Origin: Iphione sp. A-MEVVRFRX5
Lineage: Eukaryota
Assembly (NCBI GenBank): GCA_976226885.1
Contig: OZ320313.1
Coordinates: 94,736,001-94,800,000, forward strand
Length of the DNA stretch: 64,000 nt
Direction: 5' to 3'
Shown: positions 14,561 to 26,006 of the stretch, piece by piece
Numbering within the stretch: the stretch's first letter is position 1
Layout of the letters: each line of letters starts with the position of its first letter
Notes under the pieces: generated by a model
The model's database searches: none
What the model saw: only the letters and a program-made list of their open reading frames with translations
What the model was told of the DNA's origin: nothing
Translations under genes and position numbers: made by a program

Positions 14561-15328
14561 TTATTATTTATTGTCTGTTCATGGGTGACAACTCCCCTAC
14601 CAATGGCCAGGTGTCCAAGGAGATGATGAGTATCAGATATTCATATTTATTGCATCAGATGTTGCATAGTAAGAAGAATCTCATGCATTTTAGATCGGGC
14701 TACAAAGACATCCTGACAATGTGAATATTGATTCTATATTACTTACGTCTTATGTTTCTTCTCCTTGAACCTCCAGAGACGATTAGAGAGTTGCAGAATT
14801 AGAGGAGAGGCATAGAGGGTCTACTAGGAAGGAATGACATCGAAAAAGGTGTAGGGTAACAGGAAGGGGGAATTCTTTCTGTTGAGAGCAGTTGGACGAA
14901 AGGGAGAAATAATCCACGGAGTATGGTGACTCAGGAGCCAATGAACAGATGGCTACTTGCAGGCCTCCCGGGCCAGCAACTCAGGTGGTGATAGAACAGG
15001 TAGTATTTGCCTTTATGTGGAAAGAAACCTCTTATATGACTAATTAATATCACAGAGCCTTGGATATCATTATAAAACGACTCAAGGTGGTGTCTTAATA
15101 CGTTGTTCTATTTGTAGTAAACAGCCGATTATAGATCACCCTTAAAGAATATTATCTGGCTTGTTCAAGTCATTGTATTTTTACCAGTGCATTCTTGTGT
15201 ATATTGCATTCATCGGCTTATTTTCTTTAACATTCATTATTTGAAGATCATGCAAACTAAGAACTTTGGCAGTTGTCTCTTGCATCCCTAACTACAAACT
15301 TAATTGAGCTGTTATATTTGTGTTACAG

Positions 15329-15448
15329 GAGGAGGAGGAGAACTTTGTGCTCACTGCTCTCCTCTGTGCAACTGACGAGGGCAACCTGGAGGGTGTCAAG
15401 GAATTACTTGACTCCGCCAACAGCTTTGACATCAACCAAGCTAACAGA
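15329..15448 (+). CDS. DAPK1: Exon of a DAPK1-like death-associated protein kinase (start of ankyrin region): EEEENFVLTALLCATDEGNLEGVKELLDSANSFDINQANR
   Basis: 120 nt, tgttacag acceptor and gtgagt donor, phase 0/0; aligns without gaps to human DAPK1 DEEDSFVMKAIIHAINDDNVPGLQHLLGSLSNYDVNQPNK (recalled from memory). Confidence 0.85.
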
Positions 15449-16289
15449 GTGAGTTTATTTACAATCATTTATCTTTTAATCACCTTTACGATAACTAGAC
15501 CAATAGTTTATTGATGAATTATTTGTCAACCCAGTAATAACTGGAAAAGACAAGACTCCCCTTCCACAGTGACTAACAGTCACGATAAATGAATCAAGGT
15601 GACCGACAGTCCACACCTGATTGTCTGGGTTTGTCCAAAGAGTAAAAATGCTGTTAGTATGCGCTTCACCTACATTGCATTTTCTTCAGTTTCAGTGAAC
15701 CTGTTTAATACCCTACAATCAAATAACCATGGTCGGACAATGCATATAATATTTACAGAAATGAAGGGAAACCTGTTTTAGCACTAATCCCCATGTATGC
15801 GTGTTTCACAGGCATGTCACCGTGTTGTTACCATGATTTTTAGTGACAGTAGGTGACAACAAGGTTGCTTTCATGTGACCATCCATGGCCATGTTTTTTT
15901 ATTGGAAGATGTCCCAATTTTTAGGACTGTCATAATTCTGGGAGACTATTGGTAACAACAGGGCTGCTTGAATGTAGCTATGCTCCGTACTCCATGTTTC
16001 CCAATACAAATAGTGTGACATGGTAGTAAGACAGTTACATGCTCCACGGGGCTTCCCAGCATACAAACACAGCCACACTAACACACATACATGGAAATAA
16101 TACCTTAGAAATGAAACCAACCTAAGAAGGGTTTTAGCTTCGATAGATTGTAAAACATCATGTTATTAGAATGGAGTATTCATAAAAGGCACTGTAGCCT
16201 GGAAAACTACCTCTTGTCTTCATATTACTAGAATAGAGTATAATTATTGAGCTCTGTGGACTGAAAACACTACATCTTGTTGTCATGTT

Positions 16290-16935
16290 CTTTAGTAATA
16301 TGTTTATTATTACACTACCTATATAAAATGTTGCCCAAAAATAGTCCAGCCATGGGGAGGAGGTCTCATTGTTGTGAGATGTTTTCAAGGTCATATAATT
16401 TGCTTATTTTAATATATTGCTGGTCATACATTTTAAAATGATATAGAATGGTATATGTTTTCTCACACAAAAAATACCAAACAAAGAAAATAAACAAAAA
16501 AGTGTGCTACTTGGGACTACCTTTTCAGTTAGGTGTGTTCCTACACCCCTTTGTTCAGTCAAGCAGAACCGAGGGTTGTAAAGTTGAAAGAGAAAGAGTT
16601 GGGGGGCCAGAGATGGGAGGGGTAATAGTACAGAATTCTTAACAACCTGGAGAGTACAGGCGCCAAAGGCACTTGTTACACTACCTATATAAAACGTTGC
16701 CTGAAAGTAGTCCAGCCATGGGAGTAGATCTCATGTGTATGAGACTCTTTCAAAACCTCATGATTTGTTTTTTTTCACATGCTATATTCATCTTTTGTAG
16801 AATAATAGATATTACCATATGTTTTAAAGTATAAAGCAGAACATAATGAATCTAAAACTAAACTCTGGCACTACTTTTTCAGTTGCGTGTAATATCACTA
16901 CACATATCTTTCCAGTCAAGCAGAACCAAGCATTG
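16290..16935 (+). repeat. Two tandem copies of the dispersed repeat seen at 1700-1960
   Basis: TACACTACCTATATAAAA..TTGCC...AGTCCAGCCATGGG near 16311 and 16678; both are followed by CAGTCAAGCAGAACC. Confidence 0.7.
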
Positions 16936-17209
16936 TAAATGCAGGGCAGTCTTGACTTTAACCCTTCCCGTATCTCTGACCATCCCCCCCTCCTGACCAC
17001 TCACACTCCCAGTGCAGGTGCCAATTTCACTTTTTTACCTTAAAAAGGTCCCTTTGTATAGCATGAAACATTTTGCCAGCTTGAACATGGTGTTCATTAG
17101 ATAATCAGCATTTTCATTGGAAAAAACAGAATGAACACCACTTGAAATATTTAGAAAGACAAGAGAGTGGACCTGTGAGGTCTATTGTCCCCCACCATCA
17201 ACTGCCCAG

Positions 17210-17295
17210 AGAGAGGGGGGGGAGAGGGGAGACAGAGAGATAGAGAGAGAGAGAGATAGAGAGAGAGAGGAGAGAGGGTAAGGAGGAAAGAGAGT
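17210..17295. repeat. GA-rich microsatellite
   Basis: Directly visible. Confidence 0.9.
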
Positions 17296-19159
17296 GTGTG
17301 TGTGGTGTTTCTCTCTCTTTACAACCACCTTGATTAGCACTTTGTTTTAGGGTGTTTGGCTAAAAAAAAAAAACCAAGCACCAAGCACAACACTCTCGGT
17401 TCTGCCTCATTGAGCACCAGACTGTTACAAACCCTTAGTTCTGCATGACTGAGCACTGCACCCTCGGTTCTGCCTCACTGAGCACCAGACTGCTACAGGC
17501 TGATATTGGTAGAAGGGAGATATTGGTGAGTGTGTATGTGTACATGTGTGTGCATTGTCAGACCTAGGAACCCCTGAACCAGGTATGTTTGTAGGTGTGT
17601 TAGGATAAGAGTAAAATTGACATAATTTCACCTTCAAAATACTTGAATTACTACCAAGATCACCCAGTGCCATGGAGACATATATACCAATACATGTATC
17701 ATATATTAAAATCAGTTTTTTTGAGTGAAAGTTTTGAGACTTATAGACCCACAAGAGTGTGACAGATGGTTGGGACACCAGCCAGCAGCATTCCTGATGT
17801 CCCCCCCTCTATGAGGTGGGGGACAAAAATGAGATGGGATGCAGTGAGCGTGGCCAGGATATGGATGTAAATAAGAATCAAATTGAATGCAGGATGAAAC
17901 CATTCCTGTTATTCAAATTAAACAGCCACGATTCACCTGTGTTCCGCTCCTCCCCCCTCGCCATCTCTACAAGACCTTAATTAAGGTGAAGAGGAAGAAG
18001 AAACTTCCACAAAGGTTATTACGTTAATGGGATGATTGTTTATAACCACAGTAGTGATAACACATATGATTAGCTCCAATAGCACTGTGTTATATGATGC
18101 GCATGTACCTTATTCATGAACTCAATAGTGAATAACAGTGGGAGCGGTAACGCACATGGTTATGTCTGGTAGCTCTGTACTACATGATATAGAGCAGGGC
18201 CAAGGCATAGAATCAAGAATCAAGAATCAAGAATGTTTATTGTCCTCTCCATATATGGTAGTACAGAGTAATTATCAGACAACTCAGCAGAAGTGCAGTG
18301 GAAAAGGAAATAACATAGTGCCAAAACTGGTGCCAAGGCAATAGCTCCAAGAAACCCAATACTTGAGTACATATACGTTGATAGATACTAGTAGTATAGT
18401 CATGAATTATGAACTAATTACAGAGAATTGATGAACATGATCCTTCTTATATGTATGAGTATAATACAAATAATAGGCTTGCGGTCAATTACATAAATGA
18501 GCGTCACAGTTTGACTCTACCTTTTGATGCTAGGATAAACAACAGACAACTCCAAAAATTATATCACTATCACAGCATTATTCAAGGAATACCTTCAGTC
18601 ACATTACTAGAAACTGTATTTGGAGCAGTGAAGCACTGTATATCACAGGTAACTTAGCAATTATGGGGGTTTAAACAACACCTTTTTTTGATAAAGCAGT
18701 TAAAACACAGGTTGATGTAGATCGCTCTTACAGGTGAAGATGTGATATGTACATATACTTGATGTTTATTATCCGAATGAGCTCCACAACTAGAGAATCT
18801 GCCTCTGTCATTTACGTTGAGAGGTCACACAAGGTCACAATAAGAGTACACAATGAAAACAAATCGCTCAGTATCCTCCAGAGTCTATCCTATAGGACAT
18901 CGTACTTATACCACCTAATCGAGATGGATGAACTCTCAGAACAAATGCTGTGTTTTAATGAGTGGTATGCCATTACAGGAAGATAATGTTACCATCATGG
19001 TTGTTTAGAGTAGGTAGGATCACCATTACACACCTCCGGATACCATGTTCCCTAACTTGTACATGGATCACCCTAGCATATCTTGTGGTGTTTACACATC
19101 TAGGATACTTGTCCCCATACCATAGCCTGTCATGGTTATCAACCCATTAGCGGCTATTA

Positions 19160-21328
19160 TTAGGAAGATACTGGGACTCTCCTTCTTCCTTTTTCCTCCA
19201 TAGTCAGGCCATTCCATCTTACCGCTGCGTGATACCTCAGGGATTTGGCGAATTGAGTTGTTCTGGGCCTGGACACACTAATTCTTGTTGTTGTACCATG
19301 CCTAGTCTTTGATCCACTGTCTAGACTAAGTAGACCAAGATGAACTTGTCTGTGAATTGCTTGTAGCCCCCTTTCTCCTATTAGCCCCTCTACCCTAGGG
19401 ATGCCGAAAGTGGATTGTAGTTTCCGCGCAGAGAGGAAGCGACCACATTGGATTGACACCCTAGCACATCTGTTAACGTATACCTGCAATCTGACCTTCC
19501 CTGCATTTCCCAGAGTATACAGTGCAGGCAGTTGATACAGGAGGTGTGCCATTACCAGGGATTTGAATAGGTCAACTCGCACTGAGACAGGCAAGTACCG
19601 CTTAACTCGAGACAACTTCCTAGCAGCTAGCCACATCCTCTGAAACACAAGTTTCAGCGTAGCGTTGCATCCAAGTTTGTGCTCAATGTGGTAGCCAAGA
19701 AGTATGACAGTGTTTTTGAGAGCAAGGTTGTGGCCATTTAGCTTCAAATCTAGTGGAATTCCAGCCGCCTTACCTAAAGTCACATACATGCATTTTCCTT
19801 CACTCAACAACAAACCAGTCTCACAGCACCATTTAGAGATAGAGTCAATCACACACATGGCTTCACTTCTCAGTCGTAACAGGTCCCCTGCTGAGACCAA
19901 CACAGATATATCATCCGCATATACAACCGGAATTGCACTAGCAGGGAGTTTATCGGTGATACCATTCATGACGCAGACAAAGGCGCTGGGACCAAAAACA
20001 GATCCCTGTGGTACACCCCTGCTGAGTTCCAGTACACCAGAACACTTGTCACCACAACGCACAAATTGTCCTCTACCCGTCAAGTAGCTCTCTACCAAGT
20101 CACATGTCCGGGGACCAAGTCCGAAGTCTACCAGGCTGTTGATGATACTAGTGCGACCTACTAAGTCGAACGCCTTTTGAAGATCAAAGGCAATTAGGCA
20201 CGAGTATAGCCCCTCATTTACCTGATCATGTGCCTCACACATATGCTTCCCGAAGGCAGTTTCCGTGCCCCGTCCTTTTCGGAACCCATGTTGAGTGTCG
20301 CTAAGTTTCCCTTCGTGTTCAAGATATGACATGATGTCTGCTGTGAACCACCTCTCACAGATCTTACTTGGGAGCGGTAATATGGAAACGGGACGATAGT
20401 TCGCAATATTGTCACGACTCCCTCTTTTGTGCACTGGTGTCACACGGGCTGTTTTCCAGTCCGCAGGGAATCTGCCTGTGCTAAGTATGTCAGAGAATAT
20501 TTCACTTAGGAAGTCGGCTTTCTTCAGCAGAAGTTGTTTGAGGATGAATGTTGGAACACCATCAATTCCTGAGCTTTTAGATTCCTTTATCTTAGCAACA
20601 ATCTCAGCCACTTGTGAAGGGCTTGGCGCAATTAGCTCATGGACCCTACCCACTCTCCTGGCTGTTCTAGCTTGAGCCCCACTACTGCTTCTAGCCAATT
20701 CCTCCACCTTCCGCACAAAGAAGTCATTGAAAGCACATGGCAGAGTTTTTCCAGTCTGAGACCTTATTGTCTCTTCATTTGGTAGTGATGTACCTGCACC
20801 CTCCCTTCCCAGTAGATTGTTTACAATGCTCCACTTTTTGGATTGATCAGTTCCTGCCCTTTTGATCTTGCTAGTCCAAAATAACCTACGCTCTTCAAAT
20901 ATAGCCTTTTCAAATTTGCGATTGAGAAACCTGAAAATACGCTTGTGATCCTCGTTACCCTCCCCTTTCCACCTCCTAAAGAAGTAGTTCCTGTCTTTGG
21001 ATAGTTCAGCTAACCCGGGCGAGAGAGTGAACCCCCCAGCAGTAGACTTACTATTTACAATTCTCACTGGACATACCTCATCCAACTGATCCCGAACTAC
21101 CTGAATAAAGCGCGACCATTTGTTTTCATGATCACCAGACAGCTCATGCTGTAGACTGGTATCTACCCTACTGGCTACTTCTTCTACATTAACCTCTCTC
21201 CAGGCACAATACGATTTCGGTTTGCTCATTAGTTTTGGAGCACCCTTCTTAATGACTACTGAAACGGAGAGGTGATCACTAATGAAGTATGTACTGTCCC
21301 CTCCAATGACCCATTTAGATGTACCCAA
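19160..21328 (-). CDS. ORF2 RT portion of element A
   Basis: SDH end of the APE domain, NYRPVSILP, QHGFRKGRGT, FDLQKAFD, GVPQGSVFGP, YADD, C-terminal YHAAVRWN; no RNase H. Confidence 0.95.
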   Translation of the reverse strand: MGTSKWVIGGDSTYFISDHLSVSVVIKKGAPKLMSKPKSYCAWREVNVEEVASRVDTSLQHELSGDHENKWSRFIQVVRDQLDEVCPVRIVNSKSTAGGFTLSPGLAELSKDRNYFFRRWKGEGNEDHKRIFRFLNRKFEKAIFEERRLFWTSKIKRAGTDQSKKWSIVNNLLGREGAGTSLPNEETIRSQTGKTLPCAFNDFFVRKVEELARSSSGAQARTARRVGRVHELIAPSPSQVAEIVAKIKESKSSGIDGVPTFILKQLLLKKADFLSEIFSDILSTGRFPADWKTARVTPVHKRGSRDNIANYRPVSILPLPSKICERWFTADIMSYLEHEGKLSDTQHGFRKGRGTETAFGKHMCEAHDQVNEGLYSCLIAFDLQKAFDLVGRTSIINSLVDFGLGPRTCDLVESYLTGRGQFVRCGDKCSGVLELSRGVPQGSVFGPSAFVCVMNGITDKLPASAIPVVYADDISVLVSAGDLLRLRSEAMCVIDSISKWCCETGLLLSEGKCMYVTLGKAAGIPLDLKLNGHNLALKNTVILLGYHIEHKLGCNATLKLVFQRMWLAARKLSRVKRYLPVSVRVDLFKSLVMAHLLYQLPALYTLGNAGKVRLQVYVNRCARVSIQCGRFLSARKLQSTFGIPRVEGLIGERGLQAIHRQVHLGLLSLDSGSKTRHGTTTRISVSRPRTTQFAKSLRYHAAVRWNGLTMEEKGRRRVPVSS

Positions 21329-21906
21329 ATCTGGTCTAACACATGCTCATTGTCAACCATGGTTGACTGCCCTACCATTTGTGTCATACCCTTCCCAGCC
21401 AGCAAGTTTGTGATACCAGCACCCAATTTTTTCGAATCGTTGTAGTCGTAATTTAAATCCCCCAGTACAATTCTGTCTTGTCTGCCTTTTTGGAAAAATT
21501 TCTTACTGGCTCGGTCAATGGCACTAATGCTACAGCTGATTTTGTCCTCGGGTGGGCGATAGATGCATAGAATATCTAGTAGCCTACGAGCTCCACACTT
21601 CAAGCTAACACCTAGGAATTCACACGTACTGTCATCATATCTTATCTCCTCACGTGATTGTTCCAAGTAGCTGTCATTGTAATAAAGAAGTAGCCCCCCT
21701 CCTCTCTTTTTCCCTCCCTTCCCCCTATCCGCTCGTGCAAACGCATAGCCTGTAATATCTAACTCACTGTCCGAGTAGGTGTCATTGAGCCATGTTTCAG
21801 TCAGCCCTAGTATACTAAAACCCTCTGTCGTCATCATGTCCTTTACCCTACCCACCTTGCGTCCGAGACTCCTGATATTCCATGTCCCAACCCTAATACC
21901 CGGCAT
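21256..21906 (-). CDS. ORF2 APE endonuclease portion of element A (frameshift to RT near 21300)
   Basis: TWNIRSL, LGLTETWL, RGGGLLLY, IYRPP, VLGDLN, VLDQIW. Confidence 0.93.
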   Translation of the reverse strand: MPGIRVGTWNIRSLGRKVGRVKDMMTTEGFSILGLTETWLNDTYSDSELDITGYAFARADRGKGGKKRGGGLLLYYNDSYLEQSREEIRYDDSTCEFLGVSLKCGARRLLDILCIYRPPEDKISCSISAIDRASKKFFQKGRQDRIVLGDLNYDYNDSKKLGAGITNLLAGKGMTQMVGQSTMVDNEHVLDQIWVHLNGSLEGTVHTSLVITSPFQ

Positions 21907-23366
21907 AGTTGCAGCTTTCGTTCAAATGCACAGTGTGACAGAACCTCACGCCCTACACACCTCACAAATAACCTATCTGGTTATTCCTAAGTACTAAGCA
22001 TAGAATTTGGATAATGATCCAGCCTTATCATACACACCAGATCGAGTAAAGCTGTTGCAGACAAATGATAACGCTACCGTAAGGTGGTGAGACCATTTCT
22101 ACAAAACTTGAAGAGAGAAGGAAATGACTGTGAGAGTAAATAATAAATACATACAAATTGGCAGCAACCCCCCTTAGCTCACTAGCAACCATATGTAACA
22201 GTCATTACAGAACAGTAAGTGTCAAGGTCAATGCAGTAACATCTGTGAATACACTCTGGGATTAACACGCTTGTGTGGAGTATTTCTTTCGTACACTCCT
22301 TCAGTGATACAAAACTAGCGGCTGCTGAATCACAGGCAAAAAACAGTACTGGGTCACTCCGATGACTAGGATAATGTTGAATTAGATTAAAGATCATCTA
22401 AATGAGATAATCTTGCCATGTATAGGCTAGTGGAGTAGGAATACAATAATGATTTTGATTTTAAGTCACAATCCTAGATCACAGATAGGAATGTAGTGAA
22501 AAAAATAAGAGAAGATCAGTTAGAAGTGATCGTCTTGCTATATAGAGAGCAGCGCAGCACGAATATGTCAGTAAATCTAAGTGTCACTAAATCTAAATCA
22601 GACAAATAATGTTAATATGTTCAACGGGAATAACATAAATCTGTCATATCACATTTGAATTATTATGAAAGGGGAGGAAACGGGCCTGCTTAACCAGACA
22701 AACGGTAATATATGAGTTGGTAAACAGGAGATGAGGGTAAAAATATGATATACTGGAATAGAGATACTCAGACAACAGTTCACTTGATTGGCGATATCAT
22801 TGATGCCTGGATATAGTCATGGCCGCCTGTCATAACTACTCAGAGCTCTCCGGAGAACAATAGAACCTGTGCCCCAGCCTAGCACTTTTGGGAACAAGTG
22901 CACAATGAAGAATTGAGTAGGGGACTGGACGTGAGCATGATACAGCAGTATCTGTCAGGGCAACCCACTACAGTTGCTCTCATCTGCCCTGCAGGGAAGT
23001 AAGTCAAATATGTGTAAAAAATCAATACATGACATGGACGGATTAAATTTGTAATGTCAGTCACATCTCAAGATACCTGTATTATAAACCCAGGCGTCAT
23101 AGATGTCCAGGGTTTTGATCAGTGAGTGTCTATGATCACAATGTCAAGGATACAAACCGGAGGAGGCATTAGCCGATGATCACATATAACTTCGGTTGTG
23201 GTTATATTTGAAGGTCCTGATCAGGAAGGCTAGTTGGAATAATGAATATGGGGAACACAGAATTAACTATCTCAAGTAAGAAACAGAGATAAACTGACAA
23301 TCATGTATTACAGTTGAACCAAGTGAATGAGATCTGCAATGTAACTACCAGATTGTCCAGATAGAC

Positions 23367-23382
23367 CCTAGCTCTCCCGGTC
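23367..23382 (+). promoter_or_regulatory. Downstream arm of the conserved inverted repeat, element A (CCTAGCTCTCCCGGTC)
   Basis: 15/16 reverse-complement match to 26007-26022; 23364-23381 is identical to 36437-36454. Confidence 0.6.
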
Positions 23383-23441
23383 TAGTGTCTAGATGTAGTA
23401 ACTCATCAATCCATGTTTAGTTGTTGTCCTCCATGGAGCCA

Positions 23442-24158
23442 CTAATAATTCACATGTACCACTGGGCCGTTTGAACCAATATGGTAGTAGCCATAAAGGA
23501 CAATATATTCGTGAAGGAATTGCCTAATTGTATAGGCCCATTCCCTCACCGTGTTGTCCTTCGGCCTGAAACCGTCCTGTCCAAGGTGATCAAAGTTGTT
23601 GATAACCATACCCCCACTTGGATGAGTACCTGGTGGAGCAAGGGTACACGGGAAGACCCCAATCGAAGACGAGGTCGACTCACATCTCATGTTATAAAGT
23701 GCAACCGCCTGGTCCACTTTATACTGATCAAGATCATCAGTGGAGTCTGGAATTAGCCCCGAGACGTCGAGGCTGGCTGCTGGGCAAAGGACCACATGAG
23801 GCCCACCATCCGGAGCACTCTTGCATATGTGCATAATTTTCGCAATATAGAAATCCAGGCGTGCTGCATATTGAGCGGGTGACCCCGTTCGGACAGTCCA
23901 CGAGCCTTCTTCTTTGATCACCCAGTCATACATACCTCCAGCTAGCAAAATCAAATGGAAGCGTGAGGGATCAGCATACGTTAACCATTTTGCCATCATC
24001 CTCAGAGAACCACGCTTCAGGGTTACCTGGTGAATCAGAGTAGGCGGGAGCAGGTGAAGCACTGGCTCAAGCTCTTTGAATGCTGGAGCTGAGCGAGTAT
24101 CCGATACTACCAGTATTTTCGTTCGATGAGTCACGGTAGCTTGATCTGGATGCCTCAT
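23442..24158 (-). CDS. Stand-alone SGNH/GDSL-hydrolase-like ORF of element A, probably catalytically dead
   Basis: Intact frame (track 23442-24224, likely Met at 24158); KILVVSDTR (block I-like), LILLAGGMYD (block III-like), QDGFRP (block V DGxHP-like); homologous ORFs at the same position in B and C. Confidence 0.7.
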   Translation of the reverse strand: MRHPDQATVTHRTKILVVSDTRSAPAFKELEPVLHLLPPTLIHQVTLKRGSLRMMAKWLTYADPSRFHLILLAGGMYDWVIKEEGSWTVRTGSPAQYAARLDFYIAKIMHICKSAPDGGPHVVLCPAASLDVSGLIPDSTDDLDQYKVDQAVALYNMRCESTSSSIGVFPCTLAPPGTHPSGGMVINNFDHLGQDGFRPKDNTVREWAYTIRQFLHEYIVLYGYYHIGSNGPVVHVNY

Positions 24159-24251
24159 GACTTTGGCTAAACAAAAAGAAATAATGTTACAATGGCGCAT
24201 ACAAATATTACCCACACAGTTCAACTTTCTTGTGATAGAATTATGCTGAAA

Positions 24252-25942
24252 TTAACAGGCATTCACGTATTTTGCTCGTAGGTCCATAAGGACCTTGCCA
24301 ACTAGGTTCATCCCATTTTCCCCTTGTGTACTCAGCGGATCCGCAGCTTTGCTTAGCACTGTCCCACTACCAAACGTGCGATCTCGATCAGCATAGACAA
24401 GTTTACGCGATCCAGTGTCGATCAGGGATGTTTTGGCAGACAAGTTACAGCAGAAGTAGTCATTGTACATTCTTGCTAGGTTTACCTTCAAATTCGATTC
24501 CCATTCTTGCACAATCTTGGATTTAGATAGTGTCCGTTTGACTTCTGAATTCGAGCGGCAATTGTTAACAACTTGACCTAGTTTCAAGTCACGTCCTGAT
24601 TCGCTGTAGAGCGAGAGTAGGGCCATTTCCGGCGACGCATATTGTTTACCTTCAAGCTGCACCGAACCCATCAAATCTGGTGAAAATAGAGTGTTGTCGG
24701 CATCAAAAATGTAAGTACTGTCAGTAGAGGTCGAGTGGAGGTTGTTGTCCTTAAGAAATTCGGGTAGGCATGAGTTGTCATTCGGTGTGTATTTCTCTCC
24801 GTCAATGAGAAGATCTACCCCTCTCGCAGATGCCATGTGTCCCTGTTCCCGTGCCTTACATGCCAGCCGCTGGTTCCTTGTGTTTATGTCCACCGCAGAC
24901 GATGGGAGGTCCTCCTTGATGTAGATACCACTAACGCGATATTTATTGAGTTTGTGCTTACTGCGTAGAATGATGTTGCGTACTTCCAATGACGCCAATA
25001 GGATTCCAATCCTCAGCCCTTGTGGCGTTTCGTTGTAGACAGTGAAGTCAATCAGCTCTTCTGGCTTAATATCACAGATATTTGCAAGGAGATTAGTGAG
25101 GAAATGTCTAAGATAACGTTGTTTTTCTTTTGGAATCCCCTCTACTACCAGGCGTCTATTCCTGTCATTGATCTCGAGACGAGTTAGATCCAGTCTCACT
25201 CCTTGACAGCTGACAGTCAGCGCACTTAGTTTCCGTTCAATGTCAGCTATTACCTTGTCTAATGCTTCACTGCTCTTGTCCCTATTTTGGCTGAGTTCAT
25301 GTTTGTTTAATGACGATCTGAGTTCATTAACTTCTTTCCTGATGTCTGTGATCTCATCATTTAACTTTTTCTCCATGTTATGTTGCCAGCTTCGAATTTC
25401 CTGGATAAAGTCACTGCTTACCTCTGACAAGCTAGCGCTGTCACATGGGGTAGACGTCAATAGATGATTCAGACTCATCGGGCTTTTGAACGTGGAACTC
25501 GTGGAGCCATCCCCTTGTCCTGCAGCTTCATCGTTACTACCCATAGGAGAGGTAGGCACACTGTATGTAAGTTCTGAGTCAGGACTCCCAGCAGGAGAGA
25601 CTGTCTTGGTCATGTTATTGACAGATGACACCTCAATGTTGCTGTCATTGTTTACATTTCGATTTGTCTGAGACTGGTGTGTTACCGAATCAGATAATAC
25701 TAAAGAACTTGGTGAGCTCCTTGTATTTCCATTAATGCCTAGTTGAAGACTTACTGTGGTCTTGTTATATGTTGAGTTCGCAAGATCAGCCAGTGTCAAG
25801 ATAGGACAACCGTTGGGTTTAAATTGGCCTCCTTTTGGCTTTTGTCGTTGGAGCTGTTGATCGGGCGACTCGTTAGGCTTGTTTTGCTGTCCTTTGTACG
25901 ATCGGATTTATCCGACTGCGTCCCTGAGCGTGTACTAGGCAT
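24252..25942 (-). CDS. ORF1 of element A: low-complexity N-terminus, coiled coil, RRM/CTD, C-terminal NADAR-like domain
   Basis: Starts MPSTRS at 25942, 1-nt frameshift near 25800; RNRRLVVEGIP and IYIKEDLP (LINE ORF1 RRM/CTD); GKQYASPE, SLIDTG, DRDRTFGSG, GMNLVGKVLMDLR (NADAR-like). Confidence 0.85.
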
Positions 25943-26006
25943 TGTTCTTTGATATTAATAACTTCTTACGGCGGCACAGTTGTAGTAGCAGCTATTTTCT
26001 GACTTT

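Noticed and set aside
12979-21328. RT ORFs as group II intron, retron or DGR reverse transcriptases
   Set aside because: The upstream APE endonuclease, AATAAA plus microsatellite tails and 5' truncations are non-LTR retrotransposon hallmarks.
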